From Chiloscyllium plagiosum (taxonomy: Eukaryota): DNA of 59,187 bases. Made by a program: the position numbers and the translations under genes. This document shows positions 48,358 to 59,187 of the stretch, in pieces. The stretch's first letter is position 1. Each line of letters opens with the position of its first letter. The stretch covers positions 27,433,501 to 27,492,687 of the forward strand of contig NC_057748.1 in NCBI RefSeq assembly GCF_004010195.1, in the 5' to 3' direction. Below the pieces are notes generated by a model. The model did not search any database and had not been told where the DNA came from. It saw only the letters and a program-made list of their open reading frames with translations.

Positions 48358-48650
48358 AGGAGCAGCATGGTGGCTCAGTGGTTAGCACCGCTGCCTCACA
48401 GCGCCAGGGATCCCAGGTTCGATCCCAATGTCGGGCGACTAGAGTTTGCACATTCTCCCCGTGTCTGTGTGGTTTTTCCAGTTTCCTCCCATGGTCCGAA
48501 AATGCACAAGTTAGGTGAACTGGCCATGCTGGAGTGTTCAGGGATGTATAGGTTAGGGGTAATGGGTCTGGGTGGGATACTCTTCGGAAGGGCATTGTGG
48601 ACTTGTTGGGCCGAAGGGCCTGTTTCCACACTGTATGAATTCTAATTAAT
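48358..48650 (+). mobile_element. HE1-type SINE inserted in a LINE fragment
   Basis: tggtggctcagtggttagcaccgctgcctcacagcgccaggga...ggttcgatccc head and gggccgaagggcctgtttccacactgta tail. Confidence 0.8.
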
Positions 48651-50850
48651 TTCCATTGGCCAAAGGTTTGTATACACGTATGAACAGATTCAAGAACAGC
48701 TTCTTCCCTGCCGCTACTAGACTTTCGAAAGGACCACTCAAATGTTAATTCCGATCTCTCTCTCTGCAATACCATATTCTGCACTCTGTCTTGCTTACCC
48801 TGATGCACTTTGTAAGGTACGATCTGACTGTGGAGCAGGCAAAATACCACTTTTCACTGTATCACGGTGTGTTTGAAAATCCCACATTCATCCCCTGAAC
48901 TTCCAGATACTGGTTCTGAATCAACCCGCCAAGGGAGACCTCGGTGGGGGGGGGGGGGTTGGGAATAAGGCTTGAACCTGGGCCTCCCCGACTCAGAGGC
49001 AAGGACACTAACGCTTGCGCCGCAAGAGTTCTGATTTCCCACCTCCGAAATCGGTGATCTATACGCGGGGCCCAAAAACATGGATCCTTCATCAGCCGTC
49101 CTTGTGGGAGCCCACACGAGTCACAGGCAGCAACGTGAGAATGACCCACACATTGCTATTCCCCGCTCCGTTAACCGGTCGCTCATCCACGTCAGTCCGT
49201 TACGGCCGATCCCAGGAGAAAGTGAGGACTGCAGATGCTGGAGGTCAGAGTCAAGGAGTGTGGTGCTGGAAAAGCACAAACCTGTCAGGCAGCATCCCGA
49301 GCAGCAGGAGATTTGACATGTTTCTGGCAGGATGCGCTGGCAATGGAGATTCCTCAGGATCTAAGGAAGGGTGTGCTGGCAATGAAGGATAATCCCGGGA
49401 ATGAGGGACTTGTCGTTTGAAGGAATGGTCGAGGGCCCTGCTACCGGACCAGAAACATCTGGTCAACCTAAAAACCATAAAAAAATGGGATTCACCCCCT
49501 GAATCCTGCCCTGCCATTTATCGAATCGTGGCTGATCTGAGATTCCTCATGTCCACTCTCCTGCCCTTTCCCCTCGACTTATCGGGAATCTATCTGAGCT
49601 TTAAATCTGTNNNNNNNNNNNNNNNNNNNNNNNNNNNNNNNNNNNNNNNNNNNNNNNNNNNNNNNNNNNNNNNNNNNNNNNNNNNNNNNNNNNNNNNNNN
49701 NNNNNNNNNNNNNNNNNNNNNNNNNNNNNNNNNNNNNNNNNNNNNNNNNNNNNNNNNNNNNNNNNNNNNNNNNNNNNNNNNNNNNNNNNNNNNNNNNNNN
49801 NNNNNNNNNNNNNNNNNNNNNNNNNNNNNNNNNNNNNNNNNNNNNNNNNNNNNNNNNNNNNNNNNNNNNNNNNNNNNNNNNNNNNNNNNNNNNNNNNNNN
49901 NNNNNNNNNNNNNNNNNNNNNNNNNNNNNNNNNNNNNNNNNNNNNNNNNNNNNNNNNNNNNNNNNNNNNNNNNNNNNNNNNNNNNNNNNNNNNNNNNNNN
50001 NNNNNNNNNNNNNNNNNNNNNNNNNNNNNNNNNNNNNNNNNNNNNNNNNNNNNNNNNNNNNNNNNNNNNNNNNNNNNNNNNNNNNNNNNNNNNNNNNNNN
50101 NNNNNNNNNNTGGAAGTTGTGTGCTTGGGTTGTGAGTTGAATGGTGGGGTGGAGAGCTGTACCACAGGGAGAGGCCATTTGGTCCAAGATCCTCCCAACC
50201 CTGCTCCCCCTTAATCTCAACACCCGCGCCCCCAACACCTGACACCACCACTAGCTCCTCCCCACCCTCCCCCATACCGCCATTCTATCTTTCTATTGCT
50301 TTCTGCCTCACTTCACTTCCGCACCTTGCCCACATCTTAGCTATTCCCCTTGACTATCACAAGGACTTGACAGCAAGGGCAAAAATAAAAATTGCTGGAG
50401 AAACTCAGATCTGGCAGCACCTGTGGAGAGAAAGCACAGTTAATATTTTGGATCCAGTTACCCTTCTTCAGAAAGTTACTCGACCCAAAACATTAACTGT
50501 GAATTCTCTCTCTGCAGATGCAGCCAGGCATGCTGAGTTTTCCCAGCAATTTCTGGTTTTGTTTTTGATTTGCAACATCCTCTATAATTGGAGTTAGTAG
50601 CCCATTGTGGTTCACTGTAAGTGATGGTCCACGGCTTTGGCCGTGTGCTTCTTGAAAGGAATTATATGCAATTCCAAACTGCTGCCTCTCACACATGGCC
50701 AAGTCTATTTAAAATGATTATCTCTCCATTCTGGGTGGCACTAAAATAGTTGCCCTTCCTGCTATGAGTGTTCTCAATATAGTTGTCTCTCCATTTGTTG
50801 TGTGTGGTTAAAATGGCTGTCTGTCCCATTGCCAGATGTAATTAAAATAG

Positions 50851-54180
<3,330 letters not shown>

Positions 54181-56356
54181 GCTCTCCCTTCCCCATCCCC
54201 AAAATCACCCCACCCCACTGCCACCTTCACCACACATCCTCTCAACCATCCCCCCACATTCCTTCCCTCACTGTTCAACAGGCTTGAGAGAGGCTGACAA
54301 GTTTCCGCCTATTGCTGTGTAACAAGCTCAAGGATGGAGCTGGATGGTCTCCAGTTCCTGCATAACAGGCTCGAGGAGCGGGCTGAATGGCCTCCTCCAG
54401 TTCCTGTGCAACAAGGCTCGAGGAGGGAGTTGAATGGCCTCCTGTTCCTCTGTAACAGGCTCGAGGAGGGGACTGAATGGCCTCCTGTTCCTTTGTCACA
54501 GACCCGAGGGTGGGGCTGAATGGCCTTCTCCTGTTCTTAGTTTCAGTGTGTCTCTGTACCAGACCCCTTCATCCAGACGGGGGAATGGATATAAACAACA
54601 GTCATTGATAAGTTCATTTTAGGGAACTCAGGAGAAATGTCATCATGCAGAGAACAGGGGGAACGTGAAACTACACTTCAATGGATTGAATCAACTGACG
54701 CTTTGAAAAAGAGGAAGACGAGCAGATGTGGGAATGATGACGGCTGGGGGAAAGTTGAAGATGATGTTGAGTGGCTGAGAGGAGATAGGTGGAATTGAAG
54801 GACATCTGCGTGCAGCACTGACAAGACATGCCAAACGGCCTTTCCTGCACTTGGATACAACTTCTTTGCTCTGTACTAATGTAACTGCTGTTGCCTCCTA
54901 CTGGCCTAATGTGTAATGGTGACCATCCAGAGCTAAGCTACTAGAGTCTGTTGTTTCTAATATTTATTAGTGGGGACATAATTGGAACAGCAACTTCTAA
55001 ATAGGTTATAAAGCACTACCTGCTAGCATTAGCCATGTCTTCACTGATGATCATTTAATAGCCACTTAGAGACACTAATCATCTGTATCGTAAACCCTCC
55101 GTGGTTGGACTTTGGAAGTGATTTGTGTTCTCCCTTGCTGCTAATACATATTTTTGCAAGATGCTGTGGAATTAAAATGGAATTGTGAATTTGTAAATTT
55201 TTCATTCCATGGTTTCATTTTTTTGTACTGAATTCCTTGATGTTGCCAGTTCTTATCCACAGTTTGTGGAGGATACACCATGCATTGGGTCCATTCACCT
55301 AAGCGTCAGCTCTCATCATGTCTGAGTGACCGTTCTTCCTGGGAGAATGGGGGTCGATCAACAGCACAGACTAAGATAACCTTTCACCAACCAATATGGG
55401 CCGAGACCAGGAACAATCCCCATGCTGGAACTAAATAGGATTGTGTACAATAGGAGTGAATGGGAAGGGGTTTGGGTCCATTGGGATTGTGTACAATGGG
55501 AGTTGGAAGAGGTGTTGTAATATTTTGAAAAGGTAATTCTTGGAAAGATATTTGAGATACTTAAAGGCTGTGCTTCATTTCACTGACCCAATTTAAAAAT
55601 AACAACTAGAGAAAAGGCACATTTCAAATTTATTATAGTTTGAGGTGTAAAAGGATACAAATGAATTCAGCAGCAGCAAAACCCCGCGTGTTCTCTTGTA
55701 AGGCTGTCTGATTTGTACAGTTAGAATTGAGAACAATAGAAGTCACCTGAAGGGTAGTGAGACCAACAATGGACATGGTCTGGTGCAAAAAGATATACAA
55801 TGGACAATCCAGTGGAGGGTTGAGTAACTTCCCACAATATAAGCATTGAACAGGGTGCACAGTCCCCTATCAGACACTCCCAGGACAAGGACTGCAAGGG
55901 GTTAGATGCAAGAGTAAAGCTCTATCTACACTGCTCTTCCCCCATCAAACACTTCCAGGACAGGGACAGCAAGGGATTAGAGTAAAGCTGCTTCTGCACT
56001 GACACCGTTAAACACTCCAAGGACAGAAACAGCCCAGTGTTAGATAGAGTGTGGGAGAGAGCCCGAAGCCAGGGGCAAGCTTTAACACAACTTATGGCAG
56101 CAGCTCAGAGAGAGGATTTCTATTAGTGCTTAGAAAGGTGTTTCTTATCCCTCTGTTAGTTCACACACAGGACGTGCTAGGAGGTCAGTGGTTTGACTTT
56201 ACACAGAATTATTCTTTCAAAGTTAAAAGTCCAGCTGTTTCAGAATGTAGGGTGAGGTTTAGCAGTTCCAGTTGTATTTGCTTGGACAGACGTGATGACC
56301 TGGAACTATCCTCTCATCTGGAATGAGTAGGATACCCGAGAGATTCCCAAAGCTCC

Positions 56357-58702
56357 TTATTCCAACAACATAGCTGCCAAGGAATTGGTGTCATCTTCCT
56401 GGCTACTGGGCACCACGGTGTAATTGGAAACTGTGCAAGAAATAGGGAAAAGAACAAGGAAACATTCATTGAGGGCACCTTAAAAGACTGGGCAACTTTC
56501 CACTTATGGTAAATCCTGGGATTGGATATAGACTAAAGCTTTACCTACATTATCCACATAAAACACTCCTCAGATAAAACAGGTTAAAAATCACACAACA
56601 CCAGATTTAAAATCAGGTAGCTGATGAAGGAGCAGTCCTCCGAAAGCTAGTCCTTCCAAATAAACCTGTTGGACTATTACCTGGTGTTGTGATCTTTTTT
56701 TAAACTTTGTCCACCCCAGTCCAACATCGGGTGTGAAGTTCTCTGTACACTGTTACCATTATTAAACACTCCCAAGACGGGGCAGCATGGGATTAGATAC
56801 AGAGTAAAGACCTGACTATGCTTTTAAATTGAAAGTAGAGCTACCACTGCTCTTTTAACCTTAGATTAAAATTGCCTCTACACTGACCCCATCAAATGCT
56901 CCCCTGACAGGGACAGCACAGGGTTAGATACAGAGTAAAGCTCCCTCTACACTGTCCCCCCATCAAACACTCAGGACAGGGGGCAGCATAGGGTTAGATA
57001 CAGTAAAACTCCTTCTACCCTATCCCCCTCCATCACACACTCCCAGGACAGGGACAGCATGGGGTTAGATACAGGGTAAAGCTGCCTCAACACAGTCATT
57101 TTAAACAGCATCCAGCAATATCACATTCCACCCCCTGCCCCTTTCCTCACCACCCCAGCCAGGCTGAAGCTACTGCAACTCACCATGTGTGCAGACAATC
57201 CGTGGCTGCTCCCAGCTGCCATCTGCCTGGCATCTGATGATGGGTACATGGCTTTGGGAGAAGCCTGCTTTGCACTGGTACCGTACGACCGAGTCGGTTT
57301 CATATCTGACTTTGAGCTTGCCAAGTAACTGAGCCTTTGGCACTGCAGGGGGTGGCCCACACGATCCTATCCACACAACCACCACAGGAAGGGAGACAGA
57401 GCACAGAAAAACAAGCTAAACATCCCTTGGAGAGAGAGAGGGCGGGGAGGGCGTGTGGCAGGGAGAGGTTGCTTGGCTTTCCTGCAATAGGATCGTTGGG
57501 GAACAAGGGGTTTTAGCTCGTGAACAGAATTCGGAGCAGCACTATGTCTCAATGGGTAGCACTGCACCTCACGGCGTCAAGGTCCCAGGTTTGATTCCAT
57601 CCTTGGGCAACTGTCTGTGTGCAGTTTGAACGTTCCCCTTGTGTATATCTGGGTTTCCTGTCGGTGCTGTGGTTTCCTCCCACAGTCCAAAGATGTGCCG
57701 GTTATGGTGGAGTGGCTATGGGAAATTGTCCTATAGTGCCCAGGGATGTGCAGTTCAGGGTGATTTGGCCATGGAATATTGTCCCATAGTGTCCAGGGAT
57801 GTGCAGTTCAGGGTGAATTGGCCATTGGTAATTGTCCCATAGTGTCCAGGGATGTGCAGTTCAGGGTGGATTGGCCATGGAATATTGTCCCATAGTGTCC
57901 AGGGATGTGCAATTCAGGGTGGATTGGCCATTGGTAATTGTCCCGTACTGTCCAGGGATGTGCAGGTTAGAGTGGATTGGCCATGGGAAATTGTCCCATA
58001 GTCTCCAGGGATGTGCAGGTTAGGGTGGATTGGCCACGGGAAATGCTTGGTTACAGGGATCGGAGAATTGGGTGGGTTTGGGTGGGATGCTCTTTGAAGG
58101 GTCGGTGTGGACCCGATGGGTCAAATGGCCTATTTGCACATTGTAGGGATTCTGTGAAGTTGGGATGATTTCCCTCAGAATAGAGAAAGAGGGGGGAATT
58201 GAACTGAGGCGTTCCAAATCGCGAAGGGGATTTCGATCGAAGCGGAATGAGGGAGAGCCTGTTGCTGCTGGCAGGACGATCAGTCACCAGAGGGCGTACA
58301 TGGCTTGAAGAGATTTGGAAAAATGAACCAGAGAGAGGAGGACGTGAGGAGAATTTGTGCTTTTTTGGACAAGTGCTGCCTGAAAGGGAGTAAGTTCAAC
58401 AGAAACTTGGAAAAGTTGGGGGAGGGGACACTCGAACAGGAGAGATTTGCAGGTGCTGTGGTGGTGCTGGACAGGAGGGGTATGGTCAGCGAGAAGGGAA
58501 GGGCTGAGTCAGGCGGGCTTGCCGAGTACAGGATGGGAGGCGGAGCAGCATACTTACTGGCGCCTTTCTTGCAGGTGAATGCGAGGAAGTAATTACATGG
58601 CGCATCGCTCCATTGGCCTCCCTTGTGCCAGACCATCACCACGCAGTTTTCACCAGACACAAAGAAACTGTCTGGTTGGCCACTGTACCAATTCTCATAA
58701 AG
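56357..58702 (-). CDS. BCAN: Brevican G3 region, last exons: 58702-58558 (C-type lectin), 57366-57184 (sushi/CCP), probable terminal exon 56430-56357 (TAA); gene continues beyond the window
   Basis: LYENW..GQPDSFFVSGENCVVMVWH.GGQWSDAPCNY matches brevican better than ACAN, VCAN or NCAN (LYENW, GENC, WSD). Exon sizes of 145 and 183 nt are typical of lecticans. The terminal exon is inferred from a strong acceptor and an in-phase frame only (lower confidence). Candidate AATAAA at 55629-55634. Confidence 0.9.
56621..56649 (+). ncRNA. Minimal hammerhead ribozyme motif (family 2) in a BCAN intron, antisense to BCAN
   Basis: CUGAUGA-A-GGAG(CAGUC)CUCC-GAAA-GCUA; 5' helix I partner lost. Confidence 0.45.
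57530..58150 (+). mobile_element. HE1-type SINE with an internal 53-bp segment amplified ~6 times
   Basis: SINE head at ~57540-57700; attgtcccatagtgtccagggatgtgcag recurs every 53 bp from 57725 to 57990; SINE tail follows. Confidence 0.8.
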
Positions 58703-58909
58703 CTGGGGGTCGCAGGCCGGAGGAGATGTGGGGAGAGAAACCCACAACATGACAAAAAGGAAAAGGAGAAATTGTTACAGACAGTGTCAGTGAGGATCAC
58801 ACCAGCATGAGGAGGCCTTCCACCGCCTCTCCAACGCCTCTCCAACTTGTTACACAGGAACTGGAGGAGGCCATTCTGCCCCTCTCAAAATGGTTATACG
58901 TGAACAGGA

Positions 58910-59187
58910 GGTGATTCTGTCCCTCACTAACCTGAGTACCCCACTTTTCTCCTAATCCAATTGGGAGTGAGTTTCCTATTCTCTCCCACTCCCAGTGGGA
59001 GCGAGTCCCCCATTATCCCCCCATTCCCCACGGGAAGGTGATTCTGTCCCTCACTAACCTGAGTACCCCACTTTTCTCCTAATCCAATTGGGAGTGAGTT
59101 TCCTATTCTCTCCCACTCCCAGTGGGAGCGAGTCCCCCATTATCCCCCCATTCCCCACGGGAACGAGTCCTCCCTTCTCCCCCCACT
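58910..59187. repeat. ~127-bp near-perfect tandem duplication in a BCAN intron
   Basis: ggtgattctgtccctcactaacctgagtacc... at 58910 and 59037. Confidence 0.85.

Overview
Vertebrate genomic DNA, almost certainly a shark. The evidence is HE1-type tRNA-derived SINEs, CR1-type LINEs, Penelope-like elements and recurrent GC-rich minisatellites. It is a gappy scaffold from the region homologous to human 1q23.1. The six-frame ORFs are mostly noise; the real genes are spliced and were reconstructed exon by exon. In order: (1) the Ig-domain exon of a SEMA7A-like gene (+, cut by a gap); (2) the last five coding exons of METTL25B/RRNAD1 (+); (3) a complete MRPL24 (-, 214 aa, one GC-AG intron, ZNF143/NRF1-type promoter); (4) two tandem SAT2-like GNAT acetyltransferase genes (-), one complete (178 aa, six exons) and one with only exons 1-3 visible; (5) the last three exons of HAPLN2 (+); (6) the last exons of brevican BCAN (-), tail-to-tail with HAPLN2. 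Every internal truncation coincides with a gap of exactly 500 N, so adjacency across those gaps is unproven. Best leads: an unexpected divergent SAT2-like pair whose exon 3 alone is near-identical; a possible second SEMA7 ohnolog; the likely ancestral convergent HAPLN2-BCAN layout; and many minimal hammerhead-ribozyme motifs at Penelope-like element ends, several inside long inverted repeats. Gene identities rest on recalled similarity to human proteins and on exon sizes and phases, not on database searches.
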